A DNA stretch of 64,000 nt from an uncultured Chloroflexia bacterium (GCA_963749705.1 CAVVNQ010000002.1:32001-96000), one strand, 5' to 3'. Shown: positions 11,806 to 22,216, numbered from the stretch's first letter. The notes: generated by a model not told the origin, from the letters alone. Numbers and translations are program-made.

Positions 11806-12396
11806 ATGAGGCACGCCGACCACGTTGCCCTGATCCGCGGCGGCGTCGAAGGAACGGGCCCACGGTGGCTCGAGCTGGGAGCCGGCAACGGCGAGTTCAC
11901 CCTTGCCCTGGCCGACACCCTTGGGGAGGGCGGTCACATCCTGGCCATCGACCGGGACCGATGGGCGCTCGAGGAGCTTGCCGAGCGTGCGGCTGCCGGG
12001 TTCCCGGACACGCGCGTCCACACCGCCGTTGCCGATTTCACCCACAGCCTCCCCGCGGGCCCGTTCGATGGCGTGCTGGCCGCCAACAGCCTCCACTTCG
12101 TCGCCGACCAGCCGGCGGTGCTGCGAGCCGTGCACGCGGCACTCGCGCCCGGCGGCCCGTTCGTCATCGTCGAGTACGACACCGAGCACGGCAACCCGTA
12201 CGTCCCGCACCCCATCGCCTTCGACCGCCTGCCCTCGCTGGCCGCGGCTGCCGGGTTCACGCCGCCGCGGCTCCTGCACCGCGTTCCCAGCCGGTTCCTG
12301 GGGGCGATCTACGGCGCTGTGGCGACCCGGCCGGCCGTGGATGCCGAGACCCGCGTGCTACACTCCGGCCCTCACGGCGACGACCGAGAGGAGTAG
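11806..12396 (+). CDS. Class I SAM-dependent methyltransferase
   Basis: WLELGAGNG motif I; FDGVLAANSLHF; LAPGG. Confidence 0.88.
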   Translation: MRHADHVALIRGGVEGTGPRWLELGAGNGEFTLALADTLGEGGHILAIDRDRWALEELAERAAAGFPDTRVHTAVADFTHSLPAGPFDGVLAANSLHFVADQPAVLRAVHAALAPGGPFVIVEYDTEHGNPYVPHPIAFDRLPSLAAAAGFTPPRLLHRVPSRFLGAIYGAVATRPAVDAETRVLHSGPHGDDREE

Positions 12397-12610
12397 GTCC
12401 GGTACGACCCCGGAGCGAGCGCGGGACGGTGCGAGCCGCGCGGGCACGACGGATCCGAAGGTCGCTCGCGAGCCGTGCGGGTGGCGCCCGGTAGCGCGCC
12501 GCGAGGACGCCGGAACCCAGCCGGCCGCGATGAGCGGCGGGCCCCGGTGTCGAACCAGCAGGTGGTACCACGACCCCGTTCGTCCGCTGGACGAGCGGGT
12601 CGTTTCGTAT
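12376..12610 (+). ncRNA. T-box riboswitch leader (Val)
   Basis: Stem I with GA/AGTAG, AGCGAG and GGTG boxes; specifier GTC (Val) at 12461; T-box TGGTACCACG at 12563; hairpin GACCCCGTTCGTCC-GCT-GGACGAGCGGGTC then TTT; -10 TACACT at 12359; upstream of valS. Confidence 0.88.
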
Positions 12611-12645
12611 CCGGGGCAAGGCCCCGCACCGCAGCGGAGCGAGCG

Positions 12646-15381
12646 ATGACGCACTCGGAGTCGACGGAGATCCTGGCCAAGGCCTACGTGCCGGCAGCGT
12701 TCGAGCACGAGATCTACGAGCGCTGGCTGGCCGCGGACGTGTTCGCCCCCGACGGCGCCGGCTCGCTGGCCGATTGGGCGCAGCCGCCGTTCGTGATCAT
12801 CCAGCCGCCCCCGAACGTCACCGGCAGCCTGCACCTGGGACACGCCCAGCGGACGACGGTCGAGGACCTGATGGTCCGGCACGCGCGGATGCTGGGACGA
12901 CCGGCATTGTTCCTGCCGGGTCTCGACCACGCCAGCATCGCCGCGCAGTTCGTGCTCGACGGCATCCTGGCGACGGAAGGCGAGAGCCGAGCAACGCTCG
13001 GGCGCGACCGATACCTGGAGCGGATGCACGGGTTCATCGAGGACACGCGGTCCGTCATCCTGTCCCAGCAGCGGCGCGTGGGCGGCAGCTGCGACTGGGG
13101 CCGCCTCCGGTTCACCATGGACGACATCTCGGCACGCGCCGTCCGCGAGGCGTTCCTGCGGCTGTACCGGAAGGGGCTGGCGTACCGCGCCGAGGCGCTC
13201 GTCAACTGGTGTCCCGGCTGCCGCACGAGCGTGAGCGACCTCGAGACCATCCCCACGCCCGAGGCCGGCACGCTGTGGCGGGTCCGGTACCACCTGATCG
13301 ACGAGTCGACCGGGCTGCCCGATCCCGACGCGACGCTGACGGTGGCGACGACGAGGCCCGAGACGATCCTGGGCGACACCGCGGTTGCCGTCCATCCCGA
13401 CGACCCGCGCTACGCGGCGCTGGTGGGCCGGCGCGTGCGGATCCCGTTCGTGGACCGCGACGTGCCGGTGATCGCGGACCCCGTGGTCGACCCGGCGTTC
13501 GGGACGGGCGCGGTCAAGATCACGCCCGCACACGATCACGACGACCACGAGACGGGCGTCCGGCACGGGCTGTCGATGCCGACCATCCTCGACGATGCCG
13601 CACGCATCGCGAACACCGGCACGGCGTACGACGGAGCGGACCGCTTCGCCGCTCGCGCACGGATCGTCGAGGACCTGGCGGCGGCGGGCGACCTCGAAGG
13701 GTCGCAGCCGCACGAGATGGTCGTCGGGCGGTGCCAGCGCAGCAATGACATCGTCGAGCCCCGGCTCAAGACCCAGTGGTTCATCCGGACGGCGCCGCTC
13801 GCGGAGGCGGCGCTGGCGGCGACGCGTTCCGGCCGGATCGCCATCCTCCCGGCGAGGTTCGAGAAGGTCTGGGAGCACTGGCTGACCAACATCCGCGACT
13901 GGAACGTGTCGCGCCAGCTGTGGTGGGGTCACCGGATCCCGGCCTGGTACTGCCCGGACGGCCATGCGACCGTCAGCGCGGACCCTGCGGGTCCCGATGC
14001 GTGCGAGGTCTGCGGGCAGCCCGCGGACCGGCTCACGCAGGACCCGGACATCTTCGACACCTGGTTCAGCTCCGGGCTGTGGCCGTTCTCCACCCTCGGC
14101 TGGCCCGAGGCGACCGAGGACCTTGCCCGGTTCTATCCGGGCTCGGTCATGGAGACCGGCTACGACATCATCTTCTTCTGGGTCGCCCGGATGGTGATGC
14201 TGGGCATCGAGCTGACCGGCGAGGCGCCGTTCCACACGGTGTACCTGTCCGGCCTGATCCGCGACCCGTACGGCCAGAAGATGTCCAAGACCAAGGGCAA
14301 CTCGGTCGATCCGCTGGGCATGATCGACGAGCTGGGCGCCGATGCCGTCCGGTTCGCGGTCGTCCATGGGGCAACGCCGGGCAACGACCAGCGGTTCGGC
14401 AGGGCAAAGGTCGAGAACGCCCGGAACTTCGCCAACAAGCTGTGGAACGCGACCCGGTTCGTGCTCGGCGCGCGGCCGCCGTCCATCCCGGCCGATGCGG
14501 CGCGCACGCCACCGGAGCGCGACCGCCTCGGGCCCGGCGACCGATGGCTGCTGTCGCGGCTGAGCGCGACCGTCGACGCCGTCGACCGCGCGATGGCCGG
14601 ATATGCGTTCGGTGAGGTCACGCGCCTCCTGTACGACGCGATCTGGAGCGAGCTCTGCGACTGGGGGATCGAGCTGGCCAAGGTCCGCCTCGTGGACGAG
14701 CGGCTCGGCGATGCGGAGCGCGAGGCCACCTGGTGGACGCTGGTGCACGCGCTCGACACCTACCTGCGCCTGCTCCATCCCGTGATGCCGTTCCTGACCG
14801 AGGTGCTGTGGGGCGCGCTGCCGCACCACGAGGCCGATCCGGCGCTGCTGATCGTGGCCGGCTGGCCGGCAGCGGGGGAGCGCGACGAGGCGGCCGAGCA
14901 GGAGGTGGGCGCACTGGTGGAGCTGGTCCGCGCCGTGCGCAACGCACGTGCCGACGCCCGGCTCGAGCCGGCGGCCTGGCTGCCCGTCGATGTGTTCGTG
15001 GAGCCCGTCCTGGTGCCGGCCATGACGGCGCTGCGGCCGGTCATCGAGCGCTTGGCGCGGGCGCGGCCGATGCGGCGCCACGACACGCGCGATGCCTTGC
15101 AGGCCGCAACCCAAGGAGCCCATGGCCTGGCCGTGGTGGCCGGCGCCGCCGAGGCGGTCATCAGGCTCGCCGAGGTGGACCCGGCCGCGGCGGCGGCCGA
15201 TCACGCGCGCCTGGAGAAGGAGCTGCTCGACGCGGAGCGCCTGCTCGCGGCAGCCCGTGCGCGGCTTGCCAATGAGGCGTTCGTGGCCAAGGCGCCGCCG
15301 GCGATCGTTGACGGCGCCCGGGCCCGCGAGGCCGAGCTCGCCGACCAGGTTCGCCGGCTTCGGGAGACCGTCGCCCGCTGA
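12646..15381 (+). CDS. valS: Valine--tRNA ligase
   Basis: PPPNVTGSLHLGH, DWNVSRQLWWGHRIP, KMSKT, C-terminal coiled coil (FVAKAP). Confidence 0.98.
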   Translation: MTHSESTEILAKAYVPAAFEHEIYERWLAADVFAPDGAGSLADWAQPPFVIIQPPPNVTGSLHLGHAQRTTVEDLMVRHARMLGRPALFLPGLDHASIAAQFVLDGILATEGESRATLGRDRYLERMHGFIEDTRSVILSQQRRVGGSCDWGRLRFTMDDISARAVREAFLRLYRKGLAYRAEALVNWCPGCRTSVSDLETIPTPEAGTLWRVRYHLIDESTGLPDPDATLTVATTRPETILGDTAVAVHPDDPRYAALVGRRVRIPFVDRDVPVIADPVVDPAFGTGAVKITPAHDHDDHETGVRHGLSMPTILDDAARIANTGTAYDGADRFAARARIVEDLAAAGDLEGSQPHEMVVGRCQRSNDIVEPRLKTQWFIRTAPLAEAALAATRSGRIAILPARFEKVWEHWLTNIRDWNVSRQLWWGHRIPAWYCPDGHATVSADPAGPDACEVCGQPADRLTQDPDIFDTWFSSGLWPFSTLGWPEATEDLARFYPGSVMETGYDIIFFWVARMVMLGIELTGEAPFHTVYLSGLIRDPYGQKMSKTKGNSVDPLGMIDELGADAVRFAVVHGATPGNDQRFGRAKVENARNFANKLWNATRFVLGARPPSIPADAARTPPERDRLGPGDRWLLSRLSATVDAVDRAMAGYAFGEVTRLLYDAIWSELCDWGIELAKVRLVDERLGDAEREATWWTLVHALDTYLRLLHPVMPFLTEVLWGALPHHEADPALLIVAGWPAAGERDEAAEQEVGALVELVRAVRNARADARLEPAAWLPVDVFVEPVLVPAMTALRPVIERLARARPMRRHDTRDALQAATQGAHGLAVVAGAAEAVIRLAEVDPAAAAADHARLEKELLDAERLLAAARARLANEAFVAKAPPAIVDGARAREAELADQVRRLRETVAR

Positions 15382-15445
15382 TCGGCGGGCGGACGCCTCC
15401 GCGCTCGAGCGGCGCCCGGGGTTGGGACCCCTTCCCCTCACCCTT

Positions 15446-15464
15446 TACACTGGGACCGGTTCCA
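15446..15464 (+). promoter_or_regulatory. -10 box TACACT followed by LacI-type operator TGGGACCGGTTCCA
   Basis: Near-perfect 14-bp palindrome with central CG at 15451-15464; identical copy at 16598. Confidence 0.75.
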
Positions 15465-15481
15465 TGAAGAGGCGATTGAGC

Positions 15482-16498
15482 GTGGGTGTCACCATCAGCG
15501 ATGTCGCCCGGCTTGCAGGGGTCGGTCGCGGCACCGTCAGCCGGGTGCTCAACGATCGCGCCAATGTCGATCCCGCGACGCGGGAGAAGGTCCTCGCGGC
15601 GATCAAGGCGCTCGACTTCGTCCCGAGCCAGACGGCCCGGCGGCTCAGCCTGCGCCGGACCCAGACGATCGCGGTCATCATCCCGTTCCTCACGCGTCCG
15701 TCCGCGGTGGAGCGGCTGAGCGGCATCGAGCAGACGCTGGCCGCATCCGGGTATGACCCGATCGTGTTCAACATCGAGACCGCGGAGCGGCGGCAGGCCG
15801 TGTTCCGGGACCTTCCGCGGCCCGAGCGGATGGACGGATTGATCATCGTGTCGCTGTCGCCGCACCCCGCCGAGCTGGAGCGGATCGAACGTTCAGGGCT
15901 GCCGACGGTGCTCGTCGATGCCCATCACCGTGGGCTGCCACGAGTCGTGGGCAACGACGTGCTCGGCGGCCGTCTGGCGGCGCAGCACGTGATCAACCTC
16001 GGCCACCGCCGGATCGCATACCTGGGCGACATCCCGCGCGTGGCGCTCGCATTCACGTCGAGCCGGCTCCGGCTGTCGGGCGTCCGCCAGACGCTGCGGG
16101 CCAACGGAATCGGCCTGCCGCCGAGCAGGGTCGGGATCGGTGAGCACTCTCGCCAACGGGCGGCGGAGATGGCCATCCGGATGCTGAGCGCGGCCGACCC
16201 GCCGACCGCGATCATCTGCGCCAGCGACACTCAGGCGGCGGGGGTGCTCGAGGCGGCCGGACACCTCGGGCTCAGCGTCCCGGGCGACGTGTCGGTGACG
16301 GGATACGACGACCTGGAGATGGCCGATCACCTGGGGTTGACGACCATCCACCAGCCGCTGTTCGAATCCGGCGTGCGTGCCGTCGAGCGGTTGCTCAGGT
16401 TGCTCGACGGCGGCCCGGCAGAGCCGTTGCGAGAGGTCCAGGACATCAGCCTCGTGGTTCGCCGTTCGACCGCGATGGTGGCGGTTCGGACGGGGTAG
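15482..16498 (+). CDS. LacI-family transcriptional regulator
   Basis: TISDVARLAGVGRGTVSRVLN HTH; GHRRIAY, VPGDVSVTGYDD, LTTIHQP; alternative start ATG 15464. Confidence 0.95.
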   Translation: MGVTISDVARLAGVGRGTVSRVLNDRANVDPATREKVLAAIKALDFVPSQTARRLSLRRTQTIAVIIPFLTRPSAVERLSGIEQTLAASGYDPIVFNIETAERRQAVFRDLPRPERMDGLIIVSLSPHPAELERIERSGLPTVLVDAHHRGLPRVVGNDVLGGRLAAQHVINLGHRRIAYLGDIPRVALAFTSSRLRLSGVRQTLRANGIGLPPSRVGIGEHSRQRAAEMAIRMLSAADPPTAIICASDTQAAGVLEAAGHLGLSVPGDVSVTGYDDLEMADHLGLTTIHQPLFESGVRAVERLLRLLDGGPAEPLREVQDISLVVRRSTAMVAVRTG

Positions 16499-16562
16499 AT
16501 CGGGGAGGACAGACGCTGCAGAACCGAGCACAAGAACCCACCGGGACATGGACCGACGGCCC

Positions 16563-16611
16563 TTGACATGCGTTGGTAGGCTTGCGATAGGGGCGCGTGG
16601 GACCGGTTCCA
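16563..16611 (+). promoter_or_regulatory. Sugar ABC operon promoter (-35 TTGACA) with LacI operator TGGGACCGGTTCCA
   Basis: TTGACA at 16563; operator at 16598-16611 identical to the one before the LacI gene. Confidence 0.75.
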
Positions 16612-16659
16612 CGAACCCGCATTGGGTCGGCCGTGCTGGCCGAGCCGCAGGAGGAGCAC

Positions 16660-17979
16660 ATGAAGAAGCGCTTATTGGTCGGCCTGTGGTCGGCTGCGTT
16701 CGTGGTTGCCGCATGCGGCGGCAGCACCGCGTCCAACACCCCCGGGGCGTCCACCGCGCCCGGTGAGTCGTCGGGGTCGATGGACCTGTCCGGCAAGACG
16801 ATCGTGGTCGGTGGCGCGTTCGTCGACACCGAGGCGGCTGCGTTCGCGGACGCGGTGAAGCCTTTCGAGGATGCGACCGGCGCGACTGTCACCTACAACG
16901 GGGACAAGTCATTCGAGCAGAACCTGAACGTGCAGGTCCAGGCCGGAAACCCGCCGGACGTCGCCCTGCTGCCGCAGCCCGGATCCATGAAGGGCTACGC
17001 GGCTCAGGGCAAGCTCTTCCCTCTGCCTGACGACATCGTCGCCAGCATCGACGCCAACTACGGCCCGGGCTGGAAGGATATCGGCACGGCAGCCGACGGC
17101 AAGGTCTATGGCGTGTTCCACCGGGTCAACATCAAGGGCAACGTGTTCTACCCCAAGACCACCTATGACGCGAAGGGCTACACGACGCCGACGACCTGGG
17201 ATGAGCTCACAAGCCTCGAGGCCAAGATGGCCGCGGACGGCACGCCGGCGTGGTGCATCGGCGTCGAGAGCGGCTCGTCGACGGGCTGGCCCGCCACCGA
17301 CTGGATCGAGCAGATCATGCTGCGGACCGTCGGACCGGATGGCTACGACAAGTGGGTCAATCACGAGATTCCGTTCAATGACCCGACCGTCCAGACCGCC
17401 GTGCAGACGATGATGGACATCTGGGGCAACCCGGCCGACGTCTATGGCGGGACGGCCACCATCCTCCAGACGAACTTCGGCGACGCGCCGTCGTTCGCGT
17501 TCAGCGACCCGCCGAAGTGCTGGCTGACGAACCAGGGCAACTTCATCACATCGTTCTTCCCGGATGCGGTGAAGGCGGATCTCGACAATCAGGTCGGCGT
17601 GTACAACCTGCCGGCGATCGACTCCCAGTACGGGACGCCGGTCGAGGTCGGCGGTGACCAGGCCGTGGCGTTCGTGGACCGGCCCGAGGTCTGGGCATTC
17701 CTCAAGTACCTGACCACGCCGGAGGCCGGGGTCTCCTGGGCCAAGGCTGGCGGTGCTCTCTTCCCGTACAAGAACCAGGACATCAGCAACTACTCATCGA
17801 ACCTCGACCAGACATTCGTGAAGACCCTCGTCGACGCGCCATTCGTGCGCTTCGACGGATCGGACCAGATGCCGCTGGCCGTCCAGAACGCCTGGTATGC
17901 GGAGATCGTCAAGGTCATCAACGGCTCGGAGGACATTCCGACCGCCCTGGCCAACATCGACGCCGCCTGGCCCAAGTAG
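16660..17979 (+). CDS. Sugar (alpha-glucoside, AglE-like) ABC transporter substrate-binding lipoprotein
   Basis: Lipobox VVAAC; GNPPDVALLPQPG, WCIGVESG..TGWPATDWIE, RFDGSDQMP; RBS GGAGG. Confidence 0.9.
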   Translation: MKKRLLVGLWSAAFVVAACGGSTASNTPGASTAPGESSGSMDLSGKTIVVGGAFVDTEAAAFADAVKPFEDATGATVTYNGDKSFEQNLNVQVQAGNPPDVALLPQPGSMKGYAAQGKLFPLPDDIVASIDANYGPGWKDIGTAADGKVYGVFHRVNIKGNVFYPKTTYDAKGYTTPTTWDELTSLEAKMAADGTPAWCIGVESGSSTGWPATDWIEQIMLRTVGPDGYDKWVNHEIPFNDPTVQTAVQTMMDIWGNPADVYGGTATILQTNFGDAPSFAFSDPPKCWLTNQGNFITSFFPDAVKADLDNQVGVYNLPAIDSQYGTPVEVGGDQAVAFVDRPEVWAFLKYLTTPEAGVSWAKAGGALFPYKNQDISNYSSNLDQTFVKTLVDAPFVRFDGSDQMPLAVQNAWYAEIVKVINGSEDIPTALANIDAAWPK

Positions 17980-17993
17980 TCGTCAGGAGAGCT

Positions 17994-18024
17994 CGGGGTC
18001 TGGCGGCACCGCCGCCAGACCCCG
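17994..18024. terminator. 14-bp perfect stem-loop after the binding-protein gene (terminator or mRNA stabiliser)
   Basis: CGGGGTCTGGCGGC-ACC-GCCGCCAGACCCCG. Confidence 0.65.
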
Positions 18025-18082
18025 CGACGGTCTCGACGGGGCACCGTCCCAAGGCTGATCCAGTCGCAACGAGGGAGAAGGC

Positions 18083-19195
18083 ATGGCTGGCGCAACGCGT
18101 TCGGTGGAGGGAGAGGGGCGGCAGGGTGTCGTCCAGGGGGTCGTTGCCGGTCTCGGTCAGGTTCTCGTATCCGTGGCCGTGCCCATCGTGGCGTTCATCG
18201 TCCTGTGGGCGGGCTTCCTGTTCCTGCGGGACTCGGATGCTCCGAAGCTCGTCATCGTTGCGGTCGCCATCGTCTGGGGCGTCGGCGGCACAGCCCTGCT
18301 GTACGTCATCTCGAACTGGCTGGTCGAGAAGCTGCCGGCCAGGTGGAAGAACCGGATCCTCCCGTTCGTGTTCGTGGGCCCGGCCTTTGCGATCCTGTCG
18401 TTCTACCTGCTGATCCCGGCGGTCCTCACGTTCATCAACAGCTTCAAGGATGCGACCAGCACGAACTGGGTGGGCCTGGACAACTACGTCTATGCATTCA
18501 CCAACCCTGACATGCTGACGGCGATCCGGAACAACGTGCTGTGGCTGATCCTCGGGACCGGGTTCTCGACGGGGTTGGGCCTGCTCATCGCGATGCTCGC
18601 CGATCGTTCCCGGATCGACCGGCTGGCCAAGACCCTGGTGTTCCTGCCGATGGCGATCTCGTTCGTCGGCGCCGGCATCATCTGGCGTTTCGTCTATTCC
18701 TACCAGCCGCAGGGTTCGGAGCAGATCGGTCTGCTCAACGCCATCCTCGGCGTGTTCGGCGTGGCCCCGCAGTCATGGCTGACCGGCGAGCCGCTCAACA
18801 CGATCCTGCTCATCGTGATCCTCGTCTGGGGGCAGACCGGCTTCGCGATGGTGATCCTCGCGGCGGCGCTCAAGGGCGTGCCGGACGAGCTCCTGGAGGC
18901 GGGCCGGATCGACGGCGCGACCGAGTGGCAGATCTTCCAGAGGATCATCTTCCCCTCGATCTGGCCCACGGTTGTGACCGTCATGACAACGATCGCCATC
19001 CTGACCCTGAAGATCTACGACATCGTGACCGCGATGACCGGAGGGAACTTCGGCACAAATGTCATCGCGACGATCCAGTTCAAGACGATCTTCTTCGACT
19101 ACGGGTTAGGGTCGGCTCTGGCCGTGATCCTGCTGGTCGCGGTGACGCCCGTGATCTGGTACAACCTGCGCCAGTTCCGGTCCCGCGGGATCTGA
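18083..19195 (+). CDS. Sugar ABC transporter permease (AglF/MalF-like)
   Basis: Multiple TM helices; EAA motif EAGRIDGATEWQIF. Confidence 0.93.
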   Translation: MAGATRSVEGEGRQGVVQGVVAGLGQVLVSVAVPIVAFIVLWAGFLFLRDSDAPKLVIVAVAIVWGVGGTALLYVISNWLVEKLPARWKNRILPFVFVGPAFAILSFYLLIPAVLTFINSFKDATSTNWVGLDNYVYAFTNPDMLTAIRNNVLWLILGTGFSTGLGLLIAMLADRSRIDRLAKTLVFLPMAISFVGAGIIWRFVYSYQPQGSEQIGLLNAILGVFGVAPQSWLTGEPLNTILLIVILVWGQTGFAMVILAAALKGVPDELLEAGRIDGATEWQIFQRIIFPSIWPTVVTVMTTIAILTLKIYDIVTAMTGGNFGTNVIATIQFKTIFFDYGLGSALAVILLVAVTPVIWYNLRQFRSRGI

Positions 19196-19205
19196 GGAGG
19201 ATGAG

Positions 19206-20051
19206 ATGAAGGGTTCACGATCCTCCGCGGTCATCCTCAACCTGACCGTCCTGGCGCTGGCGCTCATCTGGACGATCCCGACGCTCGGCCTGTTCATCAC
19301 CTCGTTCCGGACCAAGGACGCGATCCTCGGGTCCGGCTGGTGGAAGATCCTGTTCGACCCGGGCAATCTCTCCCTGGACAACTACAACGCGGTGATCTTC
19401 GGGGGTGATGGTCTCGGGACGGCATTCCTCAACACCATCGCGGTGACGGTGCCCGCCGTGGTCATCCCGATCCTGATCGCGGCATTCGCCGCCTACGGCT
19501 TCGCCTGGATGCAGTTCCCCGGCCGACGGATCCTGTTCATCACCGTTGTCGGCCTGCTGGTGGTCCCGCTGCAGATCTCGCTGATCCCGATCCTGCGCGC
19601 GTACCTTGCGATCGACCTCAACGGCACGTTCCTGGCCATCTGGCTGGCACACGCCGGCTTCGGCCTCGCGCTTGCCACGTACCTGCTCTACAACTACATC
19701 AGCCAGCTGCCCAAGGACATCATGGAGTCGGCGTACATCGACGGTGCGTCGCACTTTCAGACGTTCGTACGGCTCATCCTGCCGCTGTCGACCCCCGCGC
19801 TGGCGTCGTTCGCGATCTTCCAGTTCCTGTGGGTCTGGAACGACCTGCTCGTTGCCCAGACGTTCCTCGGGACCAACAAGGACGTCGCGGTGATGACCTC
19901 TCGACTGCTCAACATCGTCGGGTCTCGCGGCCAGGACTGGCAGCTGCTCACGGCGGGGGCGTTCGTCTCGATGATCGTCCCGGTCGCGGTCTTCCTCGGG
20001 CTTCAGCGCTTCTTCGTTCGCGGCCTGCTCGCGGGCTCCGTCAAGGGTTGA
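19206..20051 (+). CDS. Sugar ABC transporter permease (AglG/MalG-like)
   Basis: ESAYIDGAS motif, FLWVWNDLL, C-terminal GLLAGSVKG. Confidence 0.93.
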   Translation: MKGSRSSAVILNLTVLALALIWTIPTLGLFITSFRTKDAILGSGWWKILFDPGNLSLDNYNAVIFGGDGLGTAFLNTIAVTVPAVVIPILIAAFAAYGFAWMQFPGRRILFITVVGLLVVPLQISLIPILRAYLAIDLNGTFLAIWLAHAGFGLALATYLLYNYISQLPKDIMESAYIDGASHFQTFVRLILPLSTPALASFAIFQFLWVWNDLLVAQTFLGTNKDVAVMTSRLLNIVGSRGQDWQLLTAGAFVSMIVPVAVFLGLQRFFVRGLLAGSVKG

Positions 20052-22120
20052 CGGACTCGCCGTCACCACCGAGGCCACGGCGCCCGGCGTCCCGGAACTC
20101 CTCCTCTGGGTCGTCGGGCCCGCGGCTCGGCCTGCCCGCCGCCACGGAGCTCGCGACCGCACGGCTGGCCGGGCTCCCGGCGCGCGACCTGGAGCTGTTC
20201 CTGATCCGGCTTGCCCGCTGGTGGCCGGACCTCGAGTCGGCCTGGGTCAACGTCTACGGTTCGCACCGCGCGGGACGCAGCAGCCTGGTCGCGCTGGTCG
20301 AGCTGCTCGCGGACCGATATCGCGAGCGCCCGGCGCCGCTCGTCTCGCTCGACCTGCAGCGGTCCGTGCGCCCCGACTGGTTCCAGGAACCGTCGATGAT
20401 CGGATATGTCTGCTACGCGGACCGGTTCGCCGGCACGCTGTCGGGGGTCGCCGATCACCTTGACTATCTCGCCGAGCTCGACGTCCGGTACCTCCACCTG
20501 ATGCCGCTGCTTCGCCCGAGGCCGGGCGAGGCCGATGGTGGCTACGCGGTCGCCGACTACCGGCAGGTGGATCCGGCGCTGGGCACGATGGACGACCTCG
20601 AGCACCTGTGCGGGCAGCTGCGGGCGCGTGGCATGAGCCTGTGCATCGACCTGGTGCTCAACCACACCGCGGCGGAGCATCCCTGGGCGCTGGCGGCGGC
20701 GGCCGGCGATCCGGAGGCGGCCGCGATGTACTACATCTACCCGGACCGCCGGCAGCCGAATCGCTGGGAGCGGACGCTCCCGTGGGCGTTCCCGGAGACG
20801 GCACCCGGCAACTTCACCCAGCTGCCCGACGGACGCTGGGTATGGACGACCTTCAACTCGTTCCAGTGGGACCTCAACTGGTCGAACCCGCGCGTGTTCC
20901 TGGAGATGCTCGACGTGCTGCTGGCGCTCGCCGCCCGCGGGGTGGAGGTGTTCCGCCTCGATGCGGTCGCGTTCATGTGGAAGCGCCTCGGGACCAACTG
21001 CCAGAACCAGCCCGAGGTGCACGACCTCCTCCAGGCACTCCGGGCATGCGCGCGGATCACCGCGCCGGCGGTGATCTTCAAGGCCGAGGCGATCGTCGGT
21101 CCGGACGATCTCGTGCGCTACCTCGGCGTCGGGCGCCACCACGGGCACGTTTCGGACATGGCGTACCACAACAGCCTCATGGTCCAGTTCTGGTCCGCGC
21201 TCGCGACCCGCGATGCGCGCCTCGCGACCCACGTCCTGCGGGCGCTGCCACGCAAGCCCTCGACGACGGCGTGGGCCACCTACATCCGCTGCCATGACGA
21301 TATCGGCTGGGCGGTCATGGACGAGGACGCGGCTGCCGTCGGCTGGGACGGCCCATCGCACCGCATGTTCCTGTCCGAGTTCTACGCGGGACGGTTCGAC
21401 GGCAGCTTCGCGCGCGGCGAGGTGTTCCAGTTCGTGCCATCGACCGGCGACAGCCGGATCAGCGGCACGTTCGCGAGCCTTGCCGGTCTCGAGGCGGCGC
21501 TCGATGACGGAGATCCGGCGCTGGTCACGGCGGCGATCGAGCGGATCCGGCTGGGGCACGCGCTGATCATGGCCTGGGACGGCCTGCCCCTCCTGTACAT
21601 GGGCGACGAGATCGGCCTGCGCAACGACTGGACCTACGTCGACGACCCGGAGCACCGGACGGACAACCGCTGGCTGCACCGTCCGCGGATGGATTGGCAG
21701 GCGGCGGGTCGCCGTGGTCGCCGGGGCACCGTCGAGGGCCGGATCCACGCCGACCTGCGGCGCCTCATCGCAGCCCGTCGCCAGGCGCCCCAGATGCACG
21801 CGGCGGTGCCGCTCGACGTGCTCGAGTCGGGTGATCCGGCGCTGTTCGCCTTCCGGCGCGACCATCCGATCGGCGCGCTCGTGTCGGTCAGCAACTTCGC
21901 GGACTCGATCCGCACGATCCCTCCGACCCTCTTCCCCGCGTCGCCGACCGGGCGGATCGTGGATCTGCTCGATATGTCTGGCCATCCGGCCGGCGATCCG
22001 ATCGAGATCCCCGCCCGTGGCGTCCGCTGGCTCGTCTCGAGCGACGCCACCGCACGAGCTCCGAGCGGGCGCATGGAGGTGCCCGGCGCGACCCGAACTC
22101 GGGCCGCGTCCCGGAGATGA
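20048..22120 (+). CDS. GH13 amylosucrase/sucrose hydrolase-like alpha-amylase family protein
   Basis: DGGYAV.DY, DLVLNHT, FRLDAVAF (nucleophile), AEAIV, RCHDDIGW; TTG start overlapping the permease stop is inferred. Confidence 0.9.
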   Translation: MTDSPSPPRPRRPASRNSSSGSSGPRLGLPAATELATARLAGLPARDLELFLIRLARWWPDLESAWVNVYGSHRAGRSSLVALVELLADRYRERPAPLVSLDLQRSVRPDWFQEPSMIGYVCYADRFAGTLSGVADHLDYLAELDVRYLHLMPLLRPRPGEADGGYAVADYRQVDPALGTMDDLEHLCGQLRARGMSLCIDLVLNHTAAEHPWALAAAAGDPEAAAMYYIYPDRRQPNRWERTLPWAFPETAPGNFTQLPDGRWVWTTFNSFQWDLNWSNPRVFLEMLDVLLALAARGVEVFRLDAVAFMWKRLGTNCQNQPEVHDLLQALRACARITAPAVIFKAEAIVGPDDLVRYLGVGRHHGHVSDMAYHNSLMVQFWSALATRDARLATHVLRALPRKPSTTAWATYIRCHDDIGWAVMDEDAAAVGWDGPSHRMFLSEFYAGRFDGSFARGEVFQFVPSTGDSRISGTFASLAGLEAALDDGDPALVTAAIERIRLGHALIMAWDGLPLLYMGDEIGLRNDWTYVDDPEHRTDNRWLHRPRMDWQAAGRRGRRGTVEGRIHADLRRLIAARRQAPQMHAAVPLDVLESGDPALFAFRRDHPIGALVSVSNFADSIRTIPPTLFPASPTGRIVDLLDMSGHPAGDPIEIPARGVRWLVSSDATARAPSGRMEVPGATRTRAASRR

Positions 22121-22216
22121 CCCGCCGACCGCTGCCGTCCGCCGCGGATCCGGGGCTGGCCCCGCAACGGCCCTGCTACCATGGCCCCCGTTTCCAGCAG
22201 CTCCTGGGAGACCCCG

